Assembly (NCBI GenBank): GCA_045837725.1
Contig: JBEWZL010000235.1
Coordinates: forward strand, 248,001-312,000
Source of the DNA: Vermamoeba vermiformis
Lineage: Eukaryota
Reading direction: 5' to 3'
DNA: 64,000 nucleotides
Shown here one piece after another: positions 13,728 through 25,620 of this stretch. The translations under genes were made by a program, and so were the position numbers. Positions within the stretch are counted from its first letter, which is position 1, and every line of letters begins with the position of its first letter. The notes below the pieces were generated by a model that saw only the letters and a program-made list of their open reading frames with translations, did not search any database and was not told the origin of the DNA.

Positions 13728-16146
13728 ATGTTGGCCCAACGACTAGCTTTCGTTATCTTATGCTTTATGGCACTTTTGGGAATGGTAAGGAACATTATGT
13801 CATGACAGTTACAGACATCTGTCTCAGTTTTTAGACCGATTTTTCTTTGCATCCAAATCCCGTTCACTAACTCCGCTATTTGACAGTCAAATGGCCAGTT
13901 ACTCGCGACTTATGCCAATGAAACAGTGCTATTCGACACAGCGCGTGCAGGATTCTGTCCGCGCGACTTTGTTAATGTTACTGGCCCCGTGCTCGTTGCG
14001 TATCCAACAGATGCGTGTTCAGATTTAATTAACGGTGCCTACTTGGCCGGCGCTATTGTCATTGTAGACACAGGCGTGTGCAGCAATCAAGACAAGATCA
14101 GAACGCTGCAGCGATATGGTGCTGCCGTAAGTTTAATTAATCTAAAACAAGAGTACATCCGAAAATCAAATTTTATTCTGTCAATTTAATACAGCAACTA
14201 AATATACCACGATATGCATTATACTATAATATGCGTATCATATGCTGATTGAACTCATTAGGCTGTTCTCTACCGAGATACTGGTGCTCCATTCCTCGGC
14301 CGAGATTTTGCTTCAACTGACGGCAAATCATTCGATGACCTCGTCACACCGTGCAGCTTCATGTCTATTTACGTAAGTATGACGAGCCGAATAGATTTTA
14401 TTCGAGTGAATCGAAGTTCGAAACACCGGGATCGTACACTCAAATTTTTTGTTTCAATTTCAAAGTGGCTCCGGCTGATAATGGTATTATTACGTAATTG
14501 CGCGATTAAATACCGTTATTCATGATAAATATGTCCGCTTATCGCCTATTTTCGAATTTGTCCACACACAAGATCAAAAATTACTTAATTCACAAAAATA
14601 AATTAAGTGAATTGCTTTGCCAAAGTTAGATATATGCTCGGAAGGCATATTACAATGTTTAATATTGTGATTATGATCGGCGCATAATAATATTACCGTT
14701 TAATTAACGATGACACTTGCTGACATTTTGACGCTCAATTAGGACGGCTACAAACTTGAAGGAATCATTGCAAATAATATCACTGTCATGGGATCTGTAT
14801 CAGCTCGTAAGTTATTAGCTAGTCTTATTCGGTATAATTCTCTCAACTTTCGGATGCGTTCGAGAATTTAGCAATTTAATTTGAATATTTCCTTTTATGT
14901 AAAAATCTATTAAAAGCCGGCTAATTCCTTTAAATTTAATAGAGGTCGGTCCCTTCGAACAAGTCTTCCTTTCAGAGGCGACACTTGGTATTTGGATCAC
15001 CATCCACATCCTGCACGTGGGCGTCATTATCTTGGGCGTAGTGTTGTTAGTTCAAAATATTCGCGTCCACAAGCCAATGAACCGTAAAATCTTGCCCTTA
15101 GTGATCATTCCTTTGATTATTGCTAGCTGCATTCGTAAGTCTAACAAATTTAAATTTAACGTACTACATCCGAGTCTGACGAATTGTTCCGAACAGTCCG
15201 TATCTTCACTCATATCCTCTCTGGTTATGCTCAAGCATATACAGTCACTACTAATCGCTCTTTGAACCCTCATTGGACCGTTCCTACTGTCTTGTACGCC
15301 CTCGCTGAGAGTTTGTTGCAAGTCGGCTATTGCATGCTTGCCTTTAGCTGGTACAGCGCTATTTCAAACAAGAAGAAAGTCGTGCCTGATGCCATCAAGA
15401 AGATGCGCAGGCCTGCTCTCATTGCAGCGATTGTAAGTTGAATTTATTTTCCTAGAAATATTAATATGGATCTGCTTACTGACTGCTGCGTTAGGTCATC
15501 GGTAGTGTTCAAATCATTGGTATGATGGTCTCTACTCTATTGTTCGTATCTATCATCACACTTGTCTTCGGTGTTGTTATCATGGCTTTCTGGACTGTAA
15601 GTTCTGATCCGAATTCAATTTCGCTTCAAATAACATAGACTAATGTTCAAATATATAGGCTCTTACTATTACTTATATTGTCGCTGCCGTCAAGCTCTAC
15701 CGCGCTTTGATCGTTAAAGAACGATTAAACGCAATTCAATCCGAAGAAAGCAAGCGCAAGATCCGACTTGTAAGTAGCTGAAATAATTACGACAATAGGC
15801 TTAATATTAATTATTCATCATATAGTTCATTAAGAAGGTCGTTGCGTTGTCGATTGCTTGCTTTTTGAACGTTATTGCTGGATTGCTTCAAACCACACTC
15901 GGAGGCATGCCTTTAGTCTACTACGACGTGATCTATCCCTTCATTGTCTCTGGCGTCGTGTTAGCATCGATGGTCACTGCCATGCTTGCATTTTTCCGCG
16001 TCAAATACTCCGTGGCAACTTCTCAAGGTACATCCAGCCAAAATTCTCGATCTGGCAAAACTTCGACCAAGAACCGTTCAAATACGAACACTACTGCCTT
16101 GGTGCCTGTTAATACCGATTCCGAAGGCACTCGCACTGAAAATTAA
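13728..16146 (+). CDS. Signal peptide + PA (protease-associated) domain + 7TM membrane protein
   Basis: Exon 1 MLAQRLAFVILCFMALLGM is signal-like. PA motif TGPVLVAYPTDACSDLINGAYLAGAIVIVDTGVCSNQDKIRTLQRYGAAAVL. Seven hydrophobic segments follow at 14980-16000, then a Ser/Thr-rich tail. Confidence 0.75.
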
Positions 16147-16214
16147 GCGATTCTAATGCTATTTTTGTAAGAATTTTTTTGTTGGATCCGATCGAGATCA
16201 ATTTGTACAGTATT

Positions 16215-17564
16215 TTATTGTGTTGTATCGCTCTCTTTATATAAATAAGGCTTTTGAGCTGCTATTAATATCCTAGGTCCGTCTATTTTCTCATTTTGCC
16301 TGCTCTGCCAATTGTTAAACGTTTGAATATTGTCAAATCCGGCAAGTTTCAGTTGGTACACTAGATCTGGCAGAGAAAGTATCGCAAATCGATGCGTTTC
16401 TTCGTACATCAATTCGTTGTCAATAAGAAACTGGTCCTTATGGTCCCAAGTGGCTTCATGCCAATTAATTTCAATGGATGGCGCTCGCATGTATTGCTTC
16501 TCTTTGTATTCGATGACTTGGGGCTTACGAGCAGTTACTGTAATATGAATAATACGACTTAGTACCATTAATACCAGATTCAAAGGAATTAATGCCGGCA
16601 TTAATTTTCTTTCAAATTCCAAATCTGACCCTAAACTGGATTGAGACGAAGAAACTTACCTGGATTATAGTTGACGAGGTAAAACAAGAAATTTGCGAGG
16701 TCTAGGAATATAATTCCGCCTGGTTTTAAGCTGTCAAAGACGTTCTTCAGCGCTTGAATCCGCTCTTCGACTTTCAACAAATAATAGAAGGGTCCATTAA
16801 TAGCAATCACCATATCAAACACCTATTTATGCATGTTAATATTATACTATATACTATATTGCTCTATTGCTCGAGTCTTTTGGCACTTACGTTTTGTACA
16901 TCTAACTCCAAGAATCCTTTTTTCTCTACAACTATTTTACTCGTCCTATCGCTCGCCATTAAACTATTAGCAGTCTATTATAGAAGTAATATTAGCATTT
17001 TGCAAGTAACCAAGTAGTAACAGAATCTCAGAATATTTGACCGCGCAGATTTAGCAAACGGATTTGATCATTGCTTACAGCTAACGACATATTATAATAG
17101 TCTTCATCTGGTTCATAACCCCACACTTGCCACCCTCGATCTATGAACTCACGAAACATTCTGCCAAGGCCACATCCAATGTCCAAACCTGTCAACGGGG
17201 CCTTGAATAATATCTCGTTAAAAATTCATTATCAAAATTATTTCTATAATTATTTTAAATTATTACTAACATTAGACGCGTCAGAAAACAGCATCTAGGG
17301 CTAGAAAATCAATTCACAATAAAAATCACAGAAATAATAAAATGCAATTTGATTAGAGTATTATAAAATTAATTCTTAGAAAAATACCTCATTATTGTTC
17401 TTATTTTTAGCTAAGGACGGAGATCTGTAATAGCTGTGCAGCCAAAACACGAAATTCGCAATTTCTTCTGCTTGGTGAGGTCTGCCTAAGAATAAATCAT
17501 AGAACTGTGCTCTACTATATTTCTTTTTGTCTGTTGGCTGCTGATCTGGTTGATCTTTCTCCAT
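16215..17564 (-). CDS. Class I SAM-dependent methyltransferase
   Basis: ATG at 17564 (MEKDQPDQQ...AQFYDLF). Motif I GLDIGCGLGR, then FDMVIAINGPFYYL and ALKNVFDSLKPGGIIFLD. Confidence 0.85.
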
Positions 17565-17619
17565 CTGTTTGCAAAAAATAGATCCGAAAAAAAAATCTAT
17601 CTTCATTTCAACGTTCAAG
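17565..17619. promoter_or_regulatory. Very short head-to-head intergenic region (putative bidirectional promoter)
   Basis: Only 55 bp separate the inferred ATGs at 17564 (-) and 17620 (+). The gap contains A-tracts flanking AGATCCG. Confidence 0.45.
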
Positions 17620-19512
17620 ATGGAACACAAACCACACGCGTAAGCTCAATAATAGTAGTATCATAATTACTAATTATTTGCAGTGTATTGTCAACGCCCG
17701 ACAAGATCCGTTTGGCGCATCTTGCGGATGACGTGATTAGAGAAATAATGAGCCGTTTAGAGCCCAAATATTTAAAGAGATTTGAAATTACTTGTCGCAG
17801 ATACTATGCGATCGGTCATAACACCTCATTGGTAAGTTCTGTCAAAATATTAATATTCTAAAATTAACAGACGCGAAGATCTGTCAATGTAAATGGTTGC
17901 TAATATCATTTTAAATATTTATTAATATAGTGGCGATATTGGTCATTGCAAAAATGGCTCAGATCCGCGGATGATTATAAAGGACCAAAAGATTTCATAA
18001 AATATCCATCAGACGGTATTAATTGGCAAGATTACTATGCTACAAAGTCAATCGAAGAATACGAGAAGTAATATATCATATTGATACCTTCAAAACATGT
18101 TCCTAACAATTTCTCTATAGGCTTAAAGAGCTGCCGGTTCGGCTGTTCGTTTTTCGTGCAAAAAACTCGCCAACAGCTGTCATATTGCGCAGAGGGCCTA
18201 GAAAATGTAACTATAGCATTATTTACGCCCATAGTACTTCGAACTCATTTTTCGAAATCTGAATCCAGATTGGTTGATGATCAAATGGAACACTATTAAG
18301 GACACTTTTGAATGCGGTCAATGGTATGTTGTTTTACTCTAGCAATACAAGTATAACACCCTTTTTAGGTTCAAAGGCTACATCCACGTACCATTTTGTC
18401 ATTTGAGCGATGACGGCGAACACTTTATTTATTTCGCAACAAAGTTTCATCATCAGGTATATTAATTAATCCTATTATATATATTATTAAGCTACTGATC
18501 TTTTTTCTGCTCGAGATCTGAAAATTTAAAAATATTTCCTTTTGTAGGCAGGACAGCATTGGACAGCAGTCTGCAAAGTGCCTAATTTCACCGCACTGGC
18601 CATGTGGAGCAATCCCAGTGTGCACGAAGGTGGCGGCAGATTTGTAACCAAATCAGTGCTGCGATTGTTCCGCTCATCGGATGCACCGCCCGCGACCATT
18701 GCTCCGAAGATCAATTTGAGAATCTACTGCAACGAGGACAAACTGCCGCACAGCTATGTTAAGCAGTAAGTATTCAGGGATTGAAGTGGATGTTTGACAC
18801 GTGAAATATTTGAATGACACGCGTCATGTACTCGACATTATTGGCAGCCAATAGCAGTCTTTGACACGTGTCACTGTTATTTTGACATGTCAGTCACGAG
18901 CTTTTGTGACACGTGGTAATGGCTCTGTCGCGCTCTTGGCCTGTCAGCACAAATGACACGTGTCAGGTGTCAGCATTCAAGCTCTACCCTTTGACCCAGT
19001 ACTGACATGCAATTCTCCTTCAGGTGTTTGCAATCAGCACCGCAAGTCACCAGCTCTAGCTCGCCAGAATTGCAGCCCATGCCGCTCTTGTACGAGCAGG
19101 GCGTGCAGTGGGATGAGTGGCGCGATGCACGCATTTGTGACTGTCGGACATTCCACTCGTGTCCGCTGATTGAGTACTCCAAGCCTCATCTCCTCATGAA
19201 GTGCAAGTGGATTGATGCGTCCGACCCGTGAGTTTCTTGCTCGATGTTACAAACACGTGATTTCTAACCAATGTGATCAGACCAATGGCGTCGCTCTACC
19301 GACGCTCGTGCACGTATTACATTGAAGACAAAGAGCTCGCAGTTGATTGGGCTGACTTGGATCTGTCGCAAAAACGACTCGTGTACAGCGAGGGCGGCAA
19401 ATTGTTCAGCAAATCATTCACGCTGGACAAGGAGAAGAAACTCGTGTGGGGCGATGTGAAGCTGTTGGAAGATTTTTCATTCCTGCAGTACGAAGCTAGC
19501 AACAAAAAATAA
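17620..19512 (+). CDS. F-box protein with a bacterial-type C-terminal domain
   Basis: A 20-nt first exon is followed by LAHLADDVIREIMSRLEPKYLKRFEITCRRYYAIGHNTSLWRYW (F-box). Downstream: DTFECGQWFKGYIH..CHLSDDGEHFIYFA, WTAVCKVPNFTALAMW....EGGGRF and WADLDLSQKRLVYSEGGKLF. Confidence 0.75.
18795..18972. repeat. Intronic cluster of TGACA-NN-TGTCA palindromes
   Basis: Exact TGACACGTGTCA at 18862 and 18954, TGACACGCGTCA at 18815, TGACATGTCA at 18883, and TGACACGTG at 18795 and 18907, all within one intron. Confidence 0.85.
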
Positions 19513-19591
19513 GGTAGATCTGCCTTGTACTTTAACAAATAATTTTTTTATTTATAAAAGCGCTAAAAATATCGCACGATAAAACTACAGA

Positions 19592-22032
19592 TTAGATTTT
19601 ATCGTATTCTTCGTTATTGCCGTTGATACTACTCGCACTCTTATGCTGCAAAAAGGGAAAAAAAAGGTCAGTAAAAAATTATTACGGATCAAAGTAAAAA
19701 AACAATTATTATTCTATCCGCTAACAACAATCACCTTTTTCAGTATTATAGTCACTTACAGAGTTGATGCTTGTATCATCTGTGTTCTGCGGCTTAGACT
19801 CGGGCAAGAATCGGTACAAAATGAGACCTGTCAATCACGTGTCAGTATCTATTTTCAGCATGCCCAAATAAGGCAATAGACGTACCAGCCAAGATGAGAA
19901 CGAGACCAATAATGTCGTAGACGGACAAAGGAGTGGCGTCCTTGCCCATAATGAATTCAAAAGTGAAGCAAATGTCAGCCAAAGGCAACATAACTAATGA
20001 CACGCAAAGGTTAATACGAAGGTTTGAACTGAATGATATTGCCTTATTTGGCAATGTAGAGTACGTACCGGCACTAGCGACGTAGAACAAAGCAGCGCTG
20101 CCGTACTTGATGACCAACAACAAAGCAATGTTGTAGCCGATGTTGGCCACGACGTACATCAAGACCTAGCCAATGCAATGCCATCAGATTTTGAGCGTTA
20201 AATGAGACCGCCAAGTCCTCGCACTAGATGCATTTACCGTGCGATTACTAGCTTTCAACGGGTACTTACACCAATCCAAACTTCACCGCACTGGTCACCA
20301 GGGCGCGAGTCGTAGCCGAACAAGCAACGAGCACCGAACCACAACTCTTCGGGGATTTTGTCCAAGGGGATGTTGTCGTCACCACCAAAGCCTAGCCAGG
20401 GGTGTTAGTACGTGGTATCAAGTGCTGCCAGATCCGTGAAAAAATTGAAGGAACACGAGGTCTCTTTGCAATTCATATGGTCCCGTAGAATTGTTACTAT
20501 TTATGGAAGTACTTACCAGGAATGGAAATGATGGGGGCAGTAACAATGCCCAAAATGAATTGGAACAACGCGACCCAAGCGTTCAAATAGAACACGTCCA
20601 AATCAACCTAAATTCATTCACTTCATCAGTAAACAATAATAATTACGATAATATTAATAATGTATTGATTTTAAATTCAGCGCTGAATTTCCGAGTAAAA
20701 TTTTTATCTCGTCGCGTACCTCGCCCTTGAAAGCAATTTCTTTGTAGACGCCCGAGAACGAGTTGGGCACGGCGGCCATGAAGAAGATGATCATGCCGAA
20801 GACGGTATTGTTCGCGTTGTTGTGCAACAGCTTTGAAATCAGCGCCACTACAATGCCGGCAATGATCAGTGCAGCACCGGTGTAGTGAGACCAACGGTAG
20901 CTGTAAAATACGCGCTGTTAGTATTTCATGCGTATAAATGAGGTAGTGGTATTATTGGCAGTATAAGCACCGTTATATTAAGATTTTTAGAGCCGTTGAT
21001 GAAAAGATCTGGCGCAGGTCAATTTAAAAATCGATTTGAGTCGTTTGAAAAGTCGTTATTAACCCGTCAAAAATACATATAATAATAATGGTGAGTTAAT
21101 ATATCATATTTAAGAGTTTCTACACGACAGACACGAAGCTAAATTTCAGATCCGTTTCAAAATTGAAAATTCGAAAATAAAATCCATTGGAAATATATTA
21201 TAAGCCTCTACTTACTTGACATAGATAGTCTTCTTCAAGATGTACACGCAGCAGCTCAAAGAAACGATCCAAGAGAACAACATAGTGAACGGAATGTTGG
21301 CTTGCATGAAGAGCATCTGGATCGGGCCAGAAGTGCTAGCACCACCAAAGACCTAGTCATAATAATATCGTAAATAATATGGTCGAATTATTGGGTTATA
21401 TATCGATAGTAGTACCATGAACAAACCGGCGATCGCATCAAATCCACCCATTACGAGGTACTTCCAAACAGGGAATCTACGCATTTCAGGAGTAATGCGC
21501 TTAGTGAACAACATCAAGTACCACACGATGGGCCTATAATCGTATTTTTAGCATTGATTCTGGCGTCGATCGTGCGTGTCCATAAATTAAAATATCTTAC
21601 CAGAAGAAAGGCAAATAAATAAGACTAGTAAATTGACTGATAAAATAGGTATATGAAGTTTTGCCTATAAATAAAAGCGATTAGCATTGTTTGCATAGAA
21701 TTATTATTTTACTGTGTCGATCTGGCCGTTATTTAATGGATAATAATAATTACATGATATTGTATATAATACGTGCAATAAATAATTATATGTGTGAAAT
21801 CGAATTTTCTAACGCCTTTTTTATATTTTAAAAAGCGGATGTGATCACACAACAACATACCAGGAGAGAACGTAAACGCGTTCAACATGCGCTTAAAAGT
21901 AACTCTGTTGGTAGTACCGATCAGAATAAGCACTACCAATAGCACAGAGAGCTTCCAGTTGAACGAGGCAAGGAATCCCTTCTTCTTCTCGGGCGTGCCC
22001 AACAACGGCTTCTTTTCGTTAGTATCAGCCAT
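19592..22032 (-). CDS. CRT-like (chloroquine-resistance-transporter family) membrane transporter
   Basis: N-terminal EKKPLL sorting-like motif, GTTNRVTFKRM, ITPEMRRFPVWKYLVMGGFDAIAG, GGASTSGPIQMLFMQANIPFTM, SGVYKEIAF, YNIALLLVIKYGSAALFYVAS. The last exon HKSASSINGNNEEYDKI ends at 19592. Confidence 0.88.
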
Positions 22033-22436
22033 TGGACTTGTTGTTGCTCAATTATATAGCACGGCTAAATGCAACAGGACCGAGTTTCGACTTTTTTTGG
22101 CGTCAAAGAACCTTCGGAGACCGTTGACTTTTCGAGCGACATTTCAAGCGCGAGGATCTGGTACATTCTTCCAGAGTCTCTAAAAATAGCACTTCTATGC
22201 AAGGTGTCATGCGTTTAAGCGGCTACAATCAATCATAGACTCTTTTCTTTGCATGCATTCGGTGCTTAAAGCATCCTCAAAAGTCAATTCCGTCTAGATT
22301 GTTCTGACGTCTGGTAGTTGCCTTTCGATGTTTCATATAAATGATAAGCGACCGTACCAAAGTTATGAGATTTATTCTCTTGGGGAAGCGATTGTTTTTT
22401 TATTTTTACGATCGCGAGAACAATCGAGCTTGATGA

Positions 22437-25400
22437 ATGATTTCTCTCGCCGAGTTGCCAAGTGAATATTGGCGTGCACTAGCAACGGAGTTGTTAGCGA
22501 TAAATAAGAAGGCTCCGAAGAGAAAAGGCAATTTGTCAGATCTCATCCAGTGCAGGATCGCGTCAAAAGCGTTGAATAAATTATTAGACGATGATTTTGT
22601 ATTGAGCACACTACAGGCTACGGAAGATATCAGTAAGTATTCAATAAGCATTTTTTTAAACTTTTATTTTTAATTTTTGATAACGGATCTATTCTTGCTT
22701 TCGCAAAATATCCCTAAAAATAATATCTATATTATACTATTAATCATATTAAATGCTTTTTAGCAAATTCCCACCTTCTGCTAATTCCGTTAGTTTTCTC
22801 TGAACGCATCTGACACTTTTATTTTGCAGAACAATTAACGAACTATATTACGCCGCGAATCAAGGGTCTAATTAAAATTCAAGACTTTAGTGCATTCTCT
22901 AAATGTAAGTCACTTTATATACAAGCAATACAATCCCTACCCAAATTTTTCAATTCTGGATCTACATCCAAAAATCTTTTAAAATTCTTACTAACAATTC
23001 TTTCGTATTAGTCACGCAACTACTCATAAAATACTGCGATGTGGCATATGTATTCAAGACAGTAAGCTTGTTCTTATTGTTTGCCGTCCAAAATGCAGAT
23101 CTGAATTTCATCCAACAATACACGCAAATGACTATCAACAATCGTCCCACAACATTTACTTCTAAGAATATTATCAAGGCCTGCGAGATAGCTATTTCGA
23201 AACACGAACCAAAATTATCTTCGTTTGTGTTCAGATGTCTGCTGTCATTCTTCACTGTCACTAATAACGTTAACTACGTTACGGTAAGTATAGACTGCAT
23301 ATATATAAGCTATATATAATTATTTATTGTGATATTTTGTGAGCGTTACACAAAAATATGAAAAAATGATTTTTCGGATCACGGATCTACACACAGATTT
23401 TTTGTACGAAGATAACATTATTAATCGTTATATTTACTAGCAATTGTTTGAAGCCCTCGATGCTGGAAGGAATGTTGAAAATCATTCGTTGTTGCTCGTT
23501 TTACAAAAGAAATTGGCCACGGGCAACAAGCCCACTCTCAACTCTGAAATTTTGCTTACCTTTTTCGGTATGGAGCTACAATACCCTTATTATATTATAC
23601 TAACACTATATTACTATAGAATCCGATGCTAATAAGCTCATTGTTCCCGACGGTAAGTTTAGATCTGCTCCGTTTTTACGTTTCTCACGATTTTTTCCTT
23701 TTTAGGCAATTTGATCGAGATCGCGCCACAAGACAACACGCGGGCCTACAAATCAGCTGAAATGAACTTTTGCATCACCGGCTCAACGATCAAATACATG
23801 ACGAACAAAGCCGTTGAAAAAACAATCGAAATTTCACTGGACAACGCGACCGGTGTGATGAGCTACAAAGGATTTTCGACGAAAAATCAATACGAGTTAA
23901 TATGCCGCACTAGTTTATTTGACGAGATCTTCGGAACATTTCCGAACCATTACGTGGCCTTGACTGACGAGGTCGTCAAATTGCCACCAGAAAAACAGCC
24001 CTGGTTCTTTGGCAACATTTCAAACGACGAAGCTGAAGCTAAATTAATGGGTAATTACATTGGAATTATATATTTTATCAATTTTATTTATCCTTTGGAG
24101 AGATATTTTTTCTAATTTTTTCACAGGCGCTGCAAATCGTCGGACATTTTTGACACGATCCATGGGCTCCCAAATATGGTTACAATGGAGCGTTCCCAAG
24201 CGAGGAGCGCGTCAGACAATATCGCACACGGTCTATTCCGAGTCGCAGATCTTGTACCACAAAAAATTTGCGTTTGGACTGTACAACGGAGGAGTTGTGC
24301 GGCACTTGCACGCGTGGAAATTTTACAAATTAATCTGCGAAGGTCATTTGCCTGCTGTCACTAGCTACGCACAAGAGCACAGTACGTTACACGATCACGT
24401 GACTTTGTGAAATTTCGCATCAATTTTTTCACGCTAACATTGGTTCGTTCAGACATTGATCTACGAAGTCATGAATTTCAATATCCATCACCACTCGGTG
24501 AATTTCTTCGAAATTACAAAAAGCACGGTATTCATTTAGTGCACTGGCTGCTAGACAATGGTGTCAGTCTGGATCCAAGGTAAAGGCATTAGACCTTCAT
24601 TAACATTTATGGTAGGGCTCATATATAATTATAGGGAGCCTTATATGGCCTTGGCATTGAAGTTACAGTTAAATACAGTTGTGGATCGGCTGTTGAGCAA
24701 AGGTGTCAAATGTGACACGGAGAGTTTGAAGACAATAATTCTCAGAAAACCAACACTAGAACAATTTAACAAGTTTTGGGCCTGCTTCAACCCGGCACCC
24801 ACTGAAGTAGCTACATTGTTGCAGGTCCTTTTGGAGCGACAGAACTTGTGGTCCAAAGAGCGAGTGCACGAGAAGAAAGTGCTCACGATGCTCGCGTACA
24901 AATACGGCAATGAAGACAATTACTTCAAGTTGTTGCCGAAGGAATTAGTGCAATACATTATCAGCTTTGGACTCGACAAACCCACGTGGTGGCGCATTGC
25001 AGAAGTGATGTTGAACAGCGTGCAGGGCCTCATCTCGCTGCACTTCAGCTTCACGATCATGAAGCCGTTAGAATGCATTGAATTCTTCTGGGAAAATATG
25101 GACAAATTCACCGTGGCCACGCACAACACGTTCTTGCGGTTACTTTTCATCAACGTGGACGAGATGTACTTGCCCGGCAACATCGAGAAATTGACTTATT
25201 GGGTCGCTAAGCTCATTAATCGCATGACACCGCCTCTGCCTACCCTCGAGGACCAATTGTTCATGCCCTATTTGTTGCAATATTGCGTGCAAAACTCGCT
25301 TTCGTTGCTCAAATTGCTCGTCGAGACACGTGTCGTCAGCAAAAATTATCTGACACACGTGCCCGTGCTCGACAAGAATCGAGTCCCAGCTGCTTGGCTT

Positions 25401-25562
25401 GCCGTTGCCGCGGGGAACAAAGACATTGTAAAGTTTTTGGTGCAATTAGGCGCCATGCCGTACGCCGCTGCTGGTCAGTCACTCGTCGAGTACGCCAACA
25501 AAAAAAATCAAGCGGAAATGGTCGTGTTTATTGAAACGTGTGAGCGCACAAAAGAACAATAA
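22437..25562 (+). CDS. F-box-like + SH2 + ankyrin-repeat protein (FbxB-like architecture)
   Basis: N-terminal SLAELPSEYWRAL...CRIASKALNKLLDD. SH2-like PWFFGNISNDEAEAKLMGAANRRTFLTR. Introns at ~24382-24452 and ~24580-24634 join this in frame to the 24558-25562 ORF, which has ankyrin-like AWLAVAAGNKDIVKFLVQLGA. Confidence 0.7.
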
Positions 25563-25620
25563 ATAATACCGGTCCTGTCAATTCAACACAACATTTAGAC
25601 CGATGACCTCTATATCAAAT

